Below are positions 1 to 10,260 of a stretch of DNA of 44,845 nucleotides, piece by piece. This stretch comes from an uncultured Clostridia bacterium (GTDB lineage: Bacteria > Bacillota > Clostridia > TANB77 > CAG-508): contig CAKPGD010000002.1 in NCBI GenBank assembly GCA_934154515.1, forward strand, positions 1 to 44,845, in the 5' to 3' direction. A program made the position numbers and the translations under genes. Positions within the stretch are counted from its first letter, which is position 1. Every line of letters begins with the position of its first letter. The notes below the pieces were generated by a model, which saw only the letters and a program-made list of their open reading frames with translations, searched no databases and was not told the origin of the DNA.

Positions 1-1686
1 ACTTATTAAAGATATTATGTAAGATATTTTTGTTAATTTTGTTCCTACATATTTTGTTGAAATAGTTGCTTGTTCTACATCTTCTAGAATTTCACAAGCT
101 ACAAATCCATTGTCTGATTCTATTGTTTTTAAAATAGTTTTTTCTCCATTAATTTCTAATGTTATTTCATATCCTGGATAATAGAAAAATGGCATTTCTA
201 ATATTGTTCCTTTTTCTACGTTTTCTATTTTTGCAGTATTTTCTAAATCTTTCTTTTCTTCTGATACTATATTTGCATTTCCTTGTAATACATATATTTT
301 GTCCTTTCTTTCTTTTAAATATGTACGTTGTAAAAGAAGAGCTTTTTTAGGTAAGTATTCTCTGTTTATACTTAAATGATATACATATGGGTTGTTAATA
401 TTTTGTTTCTCATATTTTTCATCTTTAGTATTGTCATCTGTTTTATATTGTAAAATTATTGGTAATGTATATCCTACCATTGCAACTATTAATATTAATG
501 TTGCTATTAATCTTGATAAATCTTTTTTAAATATCCATTTAATTAATATATACATATTAACTCCAACTGCAAATGCTGAGAAAAAGTTAAAAAATCCTAT
601 CATTCTCCATGGATATTGTAGTTTACAAAGGAAGTTTGGAAATATCATCCATGGGCAGTATTTTGTAGCCATATATAAAGATATTATAGAAAACATTAGT
701 GATAAGATATAAAAATCTTTGTATTTTTTATCTACTTTTTTATATGTGAATATTGTTAATATAAATAATACAAATATTGGTACTCCTATTACAAATGAGC
801 AAGCTTTTTTATCATCACTTATTAGAGCCCATTTATCTACAAAGAATTCACTAATATCTATTGTGTTACCGCTAACATAATTTGCATTTGTAGCCATTAT
901 TTCATCATCAAATATTGGATATTCTGTTGTTGCCTTTGCTTCTAGCATTGGTAGTAAAAAAAATGCTGATATTAAAAGTATAAACGCTCCATTTATAAAT
1001 ATTTTCTTTATTACATCTTTTTCTTTTAACTTTTTTATGTTAAATAATATGTAAATTACACATAATATTGCCATATAAAACGTTGTTACTGTATGAGTTA
1101 GTAATAATCCAGTTGCTCCTATTGCTATAAAATAATGCTTCTTTTTATCCCCATTAAAAAGATTATAAATTCCTATAAATAGTATTGGCATAAATACAAA
1201 TGCAGCAAATTCACCTATTGCAAATCTTATATACACATCTACTAATTTATATGGTGCTATCATATACGCTATTGCCGAAAACAATGATATTGCCTTATTT
1301 TTTGTCACAGTTTCTACAAATTTATACATTGTTATTCCAGACAATGTTATACATATTCCTGCGAATATTTTTAAGGCCAAAGCATATGTTCCAACCACTA
1401 ATTTTATTAAAAGTGGAATATATGTAACTAGCGGATTGTAAAATAAATTCATTGCATAGCCACCATTATTGCAGAAATATGGAGCTACAATTGGTGGTAT
1501 TTCTCCTATTTTGAAAGTATTTTCTGTTCCCAAAATTCTTAATAAATGTAATGAACCATCATGTGTATCTCTTAATTGTATTTGGCTTAATGGAATACTT
1601 AAAATTATTCCTATTACTATAATTATTACATAATGTATCCATTTGTTTGTTTTTATTTGTTGTATTATTTTCTGTACTTTGTTCAT
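1..1686 (-). CDS. large polytopic membrane protein, 3' end cut by window edge; probably a membrane glycan/cell-wall polymer transferase (YfhO / PTPS-related-like)
   Basis: Missing from the ORF track because it is open at the window edge. My minus-strand translation from the ATG at 1686 (AAAGGAAA upstream) reads MNKVQKIIQQIKTNKWIHYVIIIVIGIILSIPLSQIQLRDTHDGSLHLLRILG... I saw no in-frame stop in the stretches I translated, including 1-120. Many hydrophobic segments. Lies next to glycosyltransferase genes. Confidence 0.55.
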   Translation of the reverse strand, partial: MNKVQKIIQQIKTNKWIHYVIIIVIGIILSIPLSQIQLRDTHDGSLHLLRILGTENTFKIGEIPPIVAPYFCNNGGYAMNLFYNPLVTYIPLLIKLVVGTYALALKIFAGICITLSGITMYKFVETVTKNKAISLFSAIAYMIAPYKLVDVYIRFAIGEFAAFVFMPILFIGIYNLFNGDKKKHYFIAIGATGLLLTHTVTTFYMAILCVIYILFNIKKLKEKDVIKKIFINGAFILLISAFFLLPMLEAKATTEYPIFDDEIMATNANYVSGNTIDISEFFVDKWALISDDKKACSFVIGVPIFVLFILTIFTYKKVDKKYKDFYILSLMFSIISLYMATKYCPWMIFPNFLCKLQYPWRMIGFFNFFSAFAVGVNMYILIKWIFKKDLSRLIATLILIVAMVGYTLPIILQYKTDDNTKDEKYEKQNINNPYVYHLSINREYLPKKALLLQRTYLKERKDKIYVLQGNANIVSEEKKDLENTAKIENVEKGTILEMPFFYYPGYEITLEINGEKTILKTIESDNGFVACEILEDVEQATISTKYVGTKLTKISYIISLIS

Positions 1687-1852
1687 TGTAGTTTCCTTTC
1701 TTTTACTTGTTCTCTTGTTTTTTGTATTCTATCACATATGCTTATTTTTTTAAATATACGTAATAAAAATGTAATATATATGAAATACTTTTTTGCACGA
1801 AAAAAAGCAGCACATAAAATGCTACTTTGCTACTTCGTTAACAATTTAAGAA

Positions 1853-2035
1853 TTAGTCTTCTTTCTTTGCAACTACTTCTTTTCCATTATAGTAACCACA
1901 TGTTGGGCATACTCTATGTTGCATCATCATTTCATGACAATGTGGACATGCTACTAAGTTTTTATTTTCTAATTTCCATGTTGATCTTTTTAAACCTGTT
2001 CTTGCTTTAGACCATCTTCTTTTTGGTTGTGCCAT
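1853..2035 (-). CDS. rpmF: 50S ribosomal protein L32
   Basis: 60 aa, MAQPKRRWSKARTGLKRS...CPHCHE..CPTCGYY zinc-ribbon pattern typical of L32. GAGGAGGGA RBS upstream. Confidence 0.95.
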   Translation of the reverse strand: MAQPKRRWSKARTGLKRSTWKLENKNLVACPHCHEMMMQHRVCPTCGYYNGKEVVAKKED

Positions 2036-2119
2036 TTTAATTCCCTCCTCTTTTAAGTAAGTTATTCTATATGTATATCTATTTACATAGTCGTTTATTT
2101 TCAGTACCTTAAAATTATA

Positions 2120-3298
2120 CTAAAATTTATTATTGTTGTCAATAGGTTGGTTAAAAATTGATTCATATTTTTCTACAATTCTTTTCCAGTTATATTCGTC
2201 TTCTATTCTTTTTCTTGCTTTTTTTGCTAGTTCTTCTATTTCTTCTTTAGAAATACTTTCCATTTTTTCTAGTAAAGAACTTAAATTTCCTTCTTCTTTA
2301 TTCCAATATTTTGCCCCTTGTTTTGCAACTTCATTATTAAAACCTACATCTAATAATAAATTTAATTTTGTAGTTGAAAGAGCTTCTAATAGAGATGGGT
2401 TTGTTCCTCCTACTTCATGTCCATGTAAATATCCATATGCATTTTTTCTAATTAATGTAAGTAGTTCTTGGTCATATACTGTTCCTACAAATTTTATTCT
2501 TTTATCCTTTTCAAAGCCAGTTTTTTCTTTTAGATATTCATAGAATTTATTTTTTTCTACATTTGTTATAATTACTAAGTCTTTATCTATATTTGATTTC
2601 ATAAATTCTCTTATCATTGTTTCATAGTTGTTTTCTGGAACAAATCTACCTACTATTAGATAGTAATTATTTCTTTTTATATTTTTTTCTTTGTACCATT
2701 GTTCTAATTTTTCATTATTTTCTTCTACCTTTGTTATGTCAGAACCATATGCTATAAAAGTAGTGTTTGGATTATATTTTTTATATTCTTCTTTTATATA
2801 ATTTTCAATGCTTATAGAATCACAAATTAATAGGTCTGCATGTTTTGCCATTTTTCCTTCACAGACTTTAAAGAATTTCTTTAATACTGCATTCCATTTA
2901 GCTCTTTTCCATTCACATCCATCTGGGTTAACATACACTTTTGCACCTAATTTGTGAAATCTTTTTTTATAAAATCCCACAAATAATCCTACACCTGTTC
3001 CAAGTATATATACAATTGCATTATGAATGTTGTTTTTCTTTATATATTTTATTGTTCTTTCTAATGCTATTAAATCATAGTATTCTGCTTTTGCTGCCCC
3101 TATATTGGGTACTTTTATATTAAAACATCTCGCATTGTTATATTCAAATTCTGAGTTGTCTTCTCCTATACACGCTACATGATATTTTATATTTTGGCTT
3201 TCTTTCTTTGCTGTTAAATTTTCTACAAATGTTTCAAATCCACCGTATTTTGCTGGAATTCCATTTGAACCGATTAAAAATACATGTTTTTCTTCCAT
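2120..3298 (-). CDS. glycosyltransferase family 1 with DUF1972-type N-terminus (RgpA/WchF-like rhamnosyltransferase type)
   Basis: N-terminus VFLIGSNGIPAKYGGFETFVENL is the characteristic DUF1972 signature. C-terminal GT1 motif HGHEVGGTNPSLLEAL. Confidence 0.85.
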   Translation of the reverse strand: MEEKHVFLIGSNGIPAKYGGFETFVENLTAKKESQNIKYHVACIGEDNSEFEYNNARCFNIKVPNIGAAKAEYYDLIALERTIKYIKKNNIHNAIVYILGTGVGLFVGFYKKRFHKLGAKVYVNPDGCEWKRAKWNAVLKKFFKVCEGKMAKHADLLICDSISIENYIKEEYKKYNPNTTFIAYGSDITKVEENNEKLEQWYKEKNIKRNNYYLIVGRFVPENNYETMIREFMKSNIDKDLVIITNVEKNKFYEYLKEKTGFEKDKRIKFVGTVYDQELLTLIRKNAYGYLHGHEVGGTNPSLLEALSTTKLNLLLDVGFNNEVAKQGAKYWNKEEGNLSSLLEKMESISKEEIEELAKKARKRIEDEYNWKRIVEKYESIFNQPIDNNNKF

Positions 3299-3379
3299 TT
3301 TTTTCGTATAATCATCTTATAGAAATATTAATCTATTAGCCTGATTAATCCCTTTCATTTATATTTTATATCTTATTAA

Positions 3380-4291
3380 TTAAAATTTATTAAGCAAAAT
3401 TGCTAATTTCATTTTTAAATCTATTTTTTTATTGTTACTTCTAAATTCTTTATTTTTTAGTAAATATTTCTTTGCCTTTTTGTTTTTCTGATAGCTTAAT
3501 AAGTTATCTATTACTTCTTTTGCATTTTTTGTTAATAAATTTTCATATCCATTTTTTAGTTCTTTTGCTATATTAACTCTCATACTTACGTTATTTTTAA
3601 ATGCTATCTTGAATTGTTTTTTTAATTTTTGAATACCCTCGTCTTTATAACCTAGAACGTTATCTCCGTGTTGTCTATATTTTATATATGTTTTTTCATC
3701 TATTATTACATTTCCTCCAATTGCATAACATACTCTTGTTATCCATGAATCATGCATTATTATATATTTTGGTTTATACATTCTTATTATATCACATAGC
3801 TTTTCATTAAAAACCATTGTACAACCAGTTGCAAAATTCTTAATCATTGCTCCTTCAAATGTAAAATTTCCAGAGACTAATTTATTTTCAATAAAGTTTA
3901 AATTTTCATCTACAATTTCTAATGATGATAGATATAATGTTGGTGTTTCTAAGTCTTTTGAATTATTTTCAATTTTTTCAATAGCAGATATTAATTTTTT
4001 AGGCATCCATATGTCATCTTGGTCTGCAAACGCATAGTAGTCTGTTTTATTTGATTTATCAACCAACTCCATAAAACTTCTTGCAGGTCCCAGGTTTTCT
4101 CCTTCATAATATGCTATATTATTATAATTTTCTGATAGTTCTTTTAATATTTCTATTGTTCTATCTTTTGAGCCATCATCTCTTATTAAAATTGAGATTT
4201 CTACATTTTCCTGTTTTAATATACTTTTTATTTGCTCTTCCAGGTATTTTTCTCCATTATAAGTTGATAGCAATACTTGTACTTTTTTCAT
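3380..4291 (-). CDS. glycosyltransferase family 2
   Basis: VLLSTYNGEKYLEEQIKSILKQ...IRDDGSKD...FADQDDIW, the GT2 (GT-A fold) DxD-type signature. Confidence 0.85.
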   Translation of the reverse strand: MKKVQVLLSTYNGEKYLEEQIKSILKQENVEISILIRDDGSKDRTIEILKELSENYNNIAYYEGENLGPARSFMELVDKSNKTDYYAFADQDDIWMPKKLISAIEKIENNSKDLETPTLYLSSLEIVDENLNFIENKLVSGNFTFEGAMIKNFATGCTMVFNEKLCDIIRMYKPKYIIMHDSWITRVCYAIGGNVIIDEKTYIKYRQHGDNVLGYKDEGIQKLKKQFKIAFKNNVSMRVNIAKELKNGYENLLTKNAKEVIDNLLSYQKNKKAKKYLLKNKEFRSNNKKIDLKMKLAILLNKF

Positions 4292-4296
4292 TTTTA

Positions 4297-5280
4297 TTAA
4301 TATTCCTTATTTCTTTTTTTATTTTTTAAATCAAATACTATTCTTACGAAAAATGGTAAGTTTAGAACTATAAAGTTTTTCATAAATTGGCTAGGCATTT
4401 CATATCTATATAATTTTATAAAAATTTTCCACTTTCTAAAATTGAAGTTTTTCTTTTTACTTAACATTTTAAAATATTCTAATGCTTGTACATTTTGTTT
4501 TCTTAATTTTTCATTGAATATTTGTTCATTTTGTACATATGTTTCAAATGTTCCAATTCTGCTATTTATAGATAAATCTCTTACTTCGTCTAATTTGCTT
4601 GCTGTTTTGCTTGCTTTTTTAGTTCCTACTTGATTTTTGCCATGTTGTCTATATAATATGTATGGTGTTTCTAAATATCCTACTTTTCCTTTTAAAGAAA
4701 CTATTAATCCTATCCAATAGTCATGAATCATATATTTTGAATTTTTTGGAAGTGGTAAAATTTCTTTTAAAAATTCTTTTTTAGAAAGCATTGTACATCC
4801 TGTCATACAATTATATAAATATTGAAGTCTATAATCTTTATGGTATTTTTTTATTTTATGATTCAAATGCATATATGCATTATATGAATTGTGTATAGTA
4901 TTTAAGTTCTCGTCTACTACTTGTAAATCTCCAAAAACTAAATCTAAATTTTCTTTTTCAAGTTTTTCTACTGTTTTTTCTATTTTTTCTTTTTTCCATA
5001 CATCATCTTGATCACATAGCATATATAAATTATTTTCCACTTTATTTAGTAAGAATTCAAAATTACGCACATAACCCAAATTATTTTCTTGATAATATAT
5101 TTCTATTTTTTCATTATTTTCATATTGTTTTAAGACTTCTCTTGTTCCATCTTTTGAACAATCATCTGAAATTATTATTCTAATATTTGTATATGTTTGG
5201 TTTAATATACTTTCTATTTGTTCTTTTATGTATTTTTCTCCATTATATGTTGCAAGTAATACATCTACTTTTTCATTCAT
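4297..5280 (-). CDS. glycosyltransferase family 2 (paralogue of neighbour)
   Basis: VLLATYNGEKYIKEQIESILNQ...ISDDCSKDGT...CDQDDVW. A 5-nt gap separates it from the downstream GT2. Confidence 0.85.
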   Translation of the reverse strand: MNEKVDVLLATYNGEKYIKEQIESILNQTYTNIRIIISDDCSKDGTREVLKQYENNEKIEIYYQENNLGYVRNFEFLLNKVENNLYMLCDQDDVWKKEKIEKTVEKLEKENLDLVFGDLQVVDENLNTIHNSYNAYMHLNHKIKKYHKDYRLQYLYNCMTGCTMLSKKEFLKEILPLPKNSKYMIHDYWIGLIVSLKGKVGYLETPYILYRQHGKNQVGTKKASKTASKLDEVRDLSINSRIGTFETYVQNEQIFNEKLRKQNVQALEYFKMLSKKKNFNFRKWKIFIKLYRYEMPSQFMKNFIVLNLPFFVRIVFDLKNKKRNKEY

Positions 5281-5285
5281 TTTTT

Positions 5286-5789
5286 TTAATTAATGTTAGA
5301 TTTTTCTTCTAGCATTCCTTTCTGTTTTATTTTTCGAAAAATAGTTACAATTATCATAACAATTACTATTCCTGTTAGTACTCCTAATGAGTCTATGCAG
5401 ACATCTCTTAATTCACAACTTCTTCCTTCTATAAATAGCTGATGTATCTCATCTGACGTTGCATACGCAATTCCAAAAAGTAAGCTATATATGCCCCTTT
5501 TTAAGTCTGTATTGTTAAATGTTAAAGCAAAGCTCATTACCCATATTCCTAATGATGTGTATATTGAAAAGTGAGCTAATTTTCTTACTATTGGTTGTAA
5601 AATTTCTTGTGCTATTTGCTCTTTTTCATTTTCTGGCATATTTTTAAATTGTGGAAAAGTAGTTATTATGAAATTTACTACTCTTCCACTTGTATTACTT
5701 GATGTATCTGCTACTTGATTAGAAAAGTGAAATATTGTTATACAATTTATTATTATTAATGTTAAAAAAATCAATCTTTTTATTTTCAT
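5286..5789 (-). CDS. VanZ family membrane protein
   Basis: RKLAHFSIYTSLG...ATSDEIHQLFIEGRSCELRDVCIDSLGVLTG, the VanZ-like motif, with 4 TM segments. Confidence 0.8.
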   Translation of the reverse strand: MKIKRLIFLTLIIINCITIFHFSNQVADTSSNTSGRVVNFIITTFPQFKNMPENEKEQIAQEILQPIVRKLAHFSIYTSLGIWVMSFALTFNNTDLKRGIYSLLFGIAYATSDEIHQLFIEGRSCELRDVCIDSLGVLTGIVIVMIIVTIFRKIKQKGMLEEKSNIN

Positions 5790-5815
5790 TTTTTCCCCTA
5801 ATTTGTGTTTTATTT

Positions 5816-7522
5816 TTACATACGGTCTGGCATTTCAATACCAAGTAAACTAGCACCTGATTTCAATATTGTTCCTACTGCATATGTTAAATATAAACGT
5901 GCGTCTTGTAGTTTTTTGTCGTCTGTAATTATTTTATTTGCATTGTAAAAACTACTAAAGTTTTGTGCTAAATCTATTAAATATCTTGACAATATAGATG
6001 GTTCATTTTTGTCTGTTACTTGTTTTAAAACATCTTCAAAATTATAAATAGTTTTTATTGTTTCAATTGATTGTTCATCATTTAATGTTGAAACATCTAT
6101 ATCTTCAAAGTTTGGTATATATCCTGCTTTTTCAAGTACACTTTTTGTACGTACATAAATATATTGAATATATGGTCCTGTTTCTCCTTGGAAATTAAGC
6201 ATTACATCCCAGTCAAACACTTCATCTTTAATTCTATTATTTGAAAGGTCATTAAATATAACTGCTCCAATTCCAACTTTTTTAGCAACCTCTTCTTTAT
6301 TTTCAAGTTCTGGATTTTTCTCTTCTATTACTTTTAAAGCTCTTGAAATAGCTTCATTTAGTAAATCTTCTAATTTTATAATATTTCCTTCCCTTGTAGA
6401 CATTTTTCCTTCTTTTAGTCTTACCATTCCAAATGGAACATGTTCTAATCCATTTGTATATTTCTCATCTAATCCTAAAAGTTTTGCTACTTCAAATACT
6501 TGTTTAAAATGTAGCACTTGTTCATAAGATGTTACATATAAAGCTTTATCAAAGTCATATGTTCTTGCTCTATAAAGTATTGCTGCTAAGTCACGTGTTG
6601 CATATGTTGTTGAGCCATTTGTTTTTCCTATAATGCATGGTGCTGTATCTTCGCCTAATTCTATTATTCTTGCTCCTTCAGATTCTACAAGTTTTCCTGT
6701 TGCTTCTAATTTTTCTACTACTTCTGCCATTTTATCTGAATAGAAAGCTTCTCCATTCCATGAGTCAAATTTGCTTCCTAATAAGTCATATACTTTTTGG
6801 AATTCTTTTAAACTTAAACTTCTAAATCTTTTCCATATTTCAGTGCAGTACTCATCACCATCTTCTAATTTTTTAAAGTTGTTTCTACACTCTTCTAAAA
6901 CACTTTCGTCTTCTTTACAAAGTGCATTTATTCTTATATATATTTTTGTAAGTTCATCTATTGGCTTGGCTTCTATGTTATATTCTTTTCCCCATCTTTT
7001 ATATCCTTCTATTAGCTTACCAAATTGTGTTCCATAGTCTCCTAAATGGTTTATTCCTGTTACATTATAACCTAAATATTTGTATATATTGTATAATGCT
7101 CCACCAATTACTGTTGAACGTAAATGTCCTATATGAAATGGTTTTGCAATATTAGGAGATGAATAGTCTATTACTATATTTTTTCCATTACCTATTGTAC
7201 TTGTTCCATATTTTTCTTTTTTCTCTGAAAATTCCTTTAAAACATCTTCTACTAAAGCTGTATTATTTACAAAGAAATTTAAGTATCCTCCAACTATTTC
7301 AACTTTAGAAATAAGTTTTTCGTCTACTTCTATATTTTCTTTTATATCACTTGCAATTGCTGGTGGTGCTTTTCTTAGTTCTTTTGCAAGTTTAAAGCAT
7401 GGAAATGCATAATCTCCCATACTTGTATCTTTTGGAACTTCTATATAATTTTCTAACTCTTCTTTATTTAAATTTGTTGCTTTTGCAATACTTTCTGCTA
7501 TTATTTTTTTAAAATCTAACAT
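5816..7522 (-). CDS. argS: arginine--tRNA ligase
   Basis: 568 aa. Class I HIGH motif (PFHIGHLRS), a KMSTR-type motif (GKMSTREGN) and the typical C-terminal ...MPDRM. Confidence 0.95.
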   Translation of the reverse strand: MLDFKKIIAESIAKATNLNKEELENYIEVPKDTSMGDYAFPCFKLAKELRKAPPAIASDIKENIEVDEKLISKVEIVGGYLNFFVNNTALVEDVLKEFSEKKEKYGTSTIGNGKNIVIDYSSPNIAKPFHIGHLRSTVIGGALYNIYKYLGYNVTGINHLGDYGTQFGKLIEGYKRWGKEYNIEAKPIDELTKIYIRINALCKEDESVLEECRNNFKKLEDGDEYCTEIWKRFRSLSLKEFQKVYDLLGSKFDSWNGEAFYSDKMAEVVEKLEATGKLVESEGARIIELGEDTAPCIIGKTNGSTTYATRDLAAILYRARTYDFDKALYVTSYEQVLHFKQVFEVAKLLGLDEKYTNGLEHVPFGMVRLKEGKMSTREGNIIKLEDLLNEAISRALKVIEEKNPELENKEEVAKKVGIGAVIFNDLSNNRIKDEVFDWDVMLNFQGETGPYIQYIYVRTKSVLEKAGYIPNFEDIDVSTLNDEQSIETIKTIYNFEDVLKQVTDKNEPSILSRYLIDLAQNFSSFYNANKIITDDKKLQDARLYLTYAVGTILKSGASLLGIEMPDRM

Positions 7523-7684
7523 TAAAATCTCTCCTCAAATATTTCTTTTTACAATCTTTACTTATTTTAACAAAAAAATCCATTTATTTCAATAATTTTC
7601 TATTTATTTATTACTTTTTGTGAGTCTTTTTTTGATATAAATTTTTATTGTTTTTGCTTGATTATTTGTATACTACAATTTTAG

Positions 7685-7713
7685 GCAAAAAAAGAAAGCA
7701 TTTCTGCTTTCTT
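7685..7713 (-). terminator. rho-independent terminator downstream of the pilin-like gene
   Basis: Minus strand reads AAGAAAGCA-GAAA-TGCTTTCTT followed by a T-run. Confidence 0.7.
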
Positions 7714-7720
7714 AAATAAT

Positions 7721-8668
7721 CTACATGGTATATGGATTTTCGCTTGTTCCACTTCCTCCTGTTATCTTGATATCAGATTTTAGAGAGAAACATGGACGAA
7801 GACCTAAAGAGTATGCGTAGCCATACGTCTTACTGTTTTTATCATCTATATTACATAGCCTTGTATCATTTGATAATCCAATGTTATATGCATCACGTAC
7901 ATAGAAGTTGCAGCCATATGGGTCTGAAAGTACACGGCGAGACGCCAACCAATAGTTTTCCCCTGTTTTCCATATATTTAAGCTTTCTAGTTGTGCTTTA
8001 TCCGTTTTGTAGTTTACATCTTCTCCTTTCATACTATTTGCTCCTGCAACTGATGAGCCAAATTGTAAAGTAACTGGTCCTGCGTTTTCTGAATTTTTAT
8101 TTATAAATGTTCCATTTTTAATTGTTGGCACACTTCCTACACATCTTGCATCTGTTGCATATGCTCTATTTAAATATTTTCCTGCTTCTGTATTTAGAGT
8201 TGTTATTGCATTATTATAAGAATCTCTTCCAGTAGCCCAATCATTTCCTCCTAAAGTTACATCTGCTATATTTTTATCTGCTATTATTTGCAAACCATAT
8301 TCTGAATTTGCATCATATAATACTCTACATATTACTACTCCATTTTCTCCTACATTGCTTAGTCCTGTATTATATTTTATATAAGTTCCTGCTGTTAAAT
8401 CTTTTGTACTTTTTGGTGATTTATTTTCGTCACTTCCTGTTTCTCCATTTGCTAATTGCTCAGCAAGTACATTTAATCTTACTTGTTCTTCTTCCTGTGC
8501 ATTTATATATAAATTTCTGGCTTCTCTTGCTCGTGTTATTATTCCATTATTTCCTATTGTCATACTTATTGTTATTCCCGCTAATATTATTAACACTACT
8601 ATTGTGATAACTAAAGCTATTAATGTTATGGCTTTTTGATTTTTTAATTTACCTTTAACTTTGTACAT
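7721..8668 (-). CDS. secreted protein with prepilin/pseudopilin-like N-terminal hydrophobic segment
   Basis: N-terminus KNQKAITLIALVITIVVLIILAGITI resembles the prepilin-type cleavage/methylation segment, but has Ala rather than Glu at +5. Its own terminator and upstream intergenic region. Confidence 0.6.
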   Translation of the reverse strand: MYKVKGKLKNQKAITLIALVITIVVLIILAGITISMTIGNNGIITRAREARNLYINAQEEEQVRLNVLAEQLANGETGSDENKSPKSTKDLTAGTYIKYNTGLSNVGENGVVICRVLYDANSEYGLQIIADKNIADVTLGGNDWATGRDSYNNAITTLNTEAGKYLNRAYATDARCVGSVPTIKNGTFINKNSENAGPVTLQFGSSVAGANSMKGEDVNYKTDKAQLESLNIWKTGENYWLASRRVLSDPYGCNFYVRDAYNIGLSNDTRLCNIDDKNSKTYGYAYSLGLRPCFSLKSDIKITGGSGTSENPYTM

Positions 8669-8912
8669 TTCTTTTATCTCCTTCTTTTGTTTTATTTTGC
8701 TCTTTTTGTTACATATTTATGCCTTTTTAGCTTATTATTTTGTCTATCTTTCATCATTATTTATAATTATGTAACTAAGTTGCTACTTATTTTACATTAT
8801 TTTACTATTAAATATTTGTTAAGTCAATAAGTTTTTCTTCGAAAATTTATCTTTTACTATTTTAGGCACTTTTTTATTTGTTTTCAAGCTAACATCAAAT
8901 AATAGTCACGCA

Positions 8913-8947
8913 TAAAAAAACAGGATTTCTAATAATAGATTCCCGTT
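8913..8947 (-). terminator. probable terminator after pfk
   Basis: Imperfect hairpin AACAGGATTTCTA/TAGATTCCCGTT flanked by A- and T-runs. Confidence 0.5.
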
Positions 8948-8991
8948 TTTTCTTATAAACTATATAAATTTTTCTGTTAAAAAGATTAATA

Positions 8992-10131
8992 TTAATCTCC
9001 TAAATTAATTCCTATATCTCTTGCTGTTTTTACTAGGTCATCATCCATTGTAACAAGTTTAACATTGTTAGATATCATTCCATCTTGAACTGCTCCTATT
9101 TCTTTATTGCTTCCAACAACTTCTTCTAATGAAACACTATCTAATTTTCCGTTTTTTAATATTGTTAGTACGTTGAATTTTCCTTCTAATGCTAGTTCCA
9201 TTGCTTTTGCTCCGTATTTTGTAGAAAGAACTCTATCATATGGAGTAGGTGTTCCGCCTCTTTGCATATATCCAAGTACTGTACATCTTGAAGTTAATCC
9301 TGTTAGTTTTTCTAGTTCTTGTGCTACTCTTTCTCCTGCACCTCCTAGTTTTGTATTTATAACTCCTGCTCCATTGTCTCTTTGTCCTTCTACTGCTATT
9401 TCTCCGCCTTTTGGAAAAGCTCCTTCTGAAACTACTACTATTGCAAAGTTTTTGCCTATTGCTTGTCTTCTTTTTATTGCTTCTGCTGCTTTATTTATAT
9501 CATATGGAATTTCTGGAATTAATGCAATATCTGCACCACCTGCTATTGCTGACTCTAGTGCTATCCATCCAGCTTCTCTTCCCATAACTTCTAAAACCAT
9601 AATTCTGTTATGTGTTTCTGCTGTCGTATGAAGTCTATCTAATGCTTCTGTTGCAACAGAAACTGCTGTATTGTATCCAAATGTAATATCTGTACATGCT
9701 ACGTCGTTGTCTATTGTCTTTGGAACACCAATTACATTTATTCCTCTTAAAGAAAAGTCCCTTGCTGATTTTTGTGTGCTATCTCCACCAAGTGTAAAAA
9801 TGCAGTCAAATCCGTCTTCTTTTACATTTTGAACGCATTTTTCTGATAAATCTTGATATGTTACGTTTCCATTTTCGTCTACTACTTTATATTTAAAAAC
9901 GTTTGCATTTGTTGAAGATGATATAATTGATCCACCTTTTTGTAATATTCCTGATGCAGTATCACTGCTACTTAATTTGATATAGTCGTTTTTTAATAAT
10001 CCTCTATATCCATCGATGAATCCATAACATTCCACACCGTTATTTTCAGCTGTTTTAACTATTGCTCTTATTACTGCGTTAAATCCTGAAACATCTCCAC
10101 CATTTGCAAGTATTGCCACTTTCTTTACCAT
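8992..10131 (-). CDS. pfkA: 6-phosphofructokinase
   Basis: GGDVSGFNAVIR, LGGDSTQ, PKTIDND and MGREAGW, the canonical PFK family motifs. Confidence 0.9.
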   Translation of the reverse strand: MVKKVAILANGGDVSGFNAVIRAIVKTAENNGVECYGFIDGYRGLLKNDYIKLSSSDTASGILQKGGSIISSSTNANVFKYKVVDENGNVTYQDLSEKCVQNVKEDGFDCIFTLGGDSTQKSARDFSLRGINVIGVPKTIDNDVACTDITFGYNTAVSVATEALDRLHTTAETHNRIMVLEVMGREAGWIALESAIAGGADIALIPEIPYDINKAAEAIKRRQAIGKNFAIVVVSEGAFPKGGEIAVEGQRDNGAGVINTKLGGAGERVAQELEKLTGLTSRCTVLGYMQRGGTPTPYDRVLSTKYGAKAMELALEGKFNVLTILKNGKLDSVSLEEVVGSNKEIGAVQDGMISNNVKLVTMDDDLVKTARDIGINLGD

Positions 10132-10231
10132 ATTTTTTTCCTCCTAAACATTTTTTATTTGTTTCCAAACTTGTCTTAATTATATCAATAATTTATTTTT
10201 TTACAACACTTTTTCTAAATTTTTTTATAAT

Positions 10232-10260
10232 ATAAAAAGGTAGCTTAAAATCTAGCTACC
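10232..10260 (-). terminator. terminator at the end of the spoIIIA operon
   Basis: GGTAGCT-N8-AGCTACC followed by TTTTT on the minus strand. Overlaps the spoIIIAH stop codon. Confidence 0.6.

Noticed and set aside
7523-7684. A possible T-box leader upstream of argS.
   Set aside because: I read the minus strand of the leader and found no T-box sequence (AAnnnGGGTGGTACCGCG-like) and no specifier or terminator architecture. The leader is short and almost purely A/T.
9107-9631. Long plus-strand ORFs antisense to real genes, for example 9107..9631, 12646..13146, 30603..31133, 35576..36121, 37545..37865 and 24538..24954.
   Set aside because: All lie fully inside well-supported minus-strand genes. 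Their translations are Leu/Phe/Ser/Ile-rich low complexity, typical of shadow ORFs in AT-rich DNA. None has an RBS.
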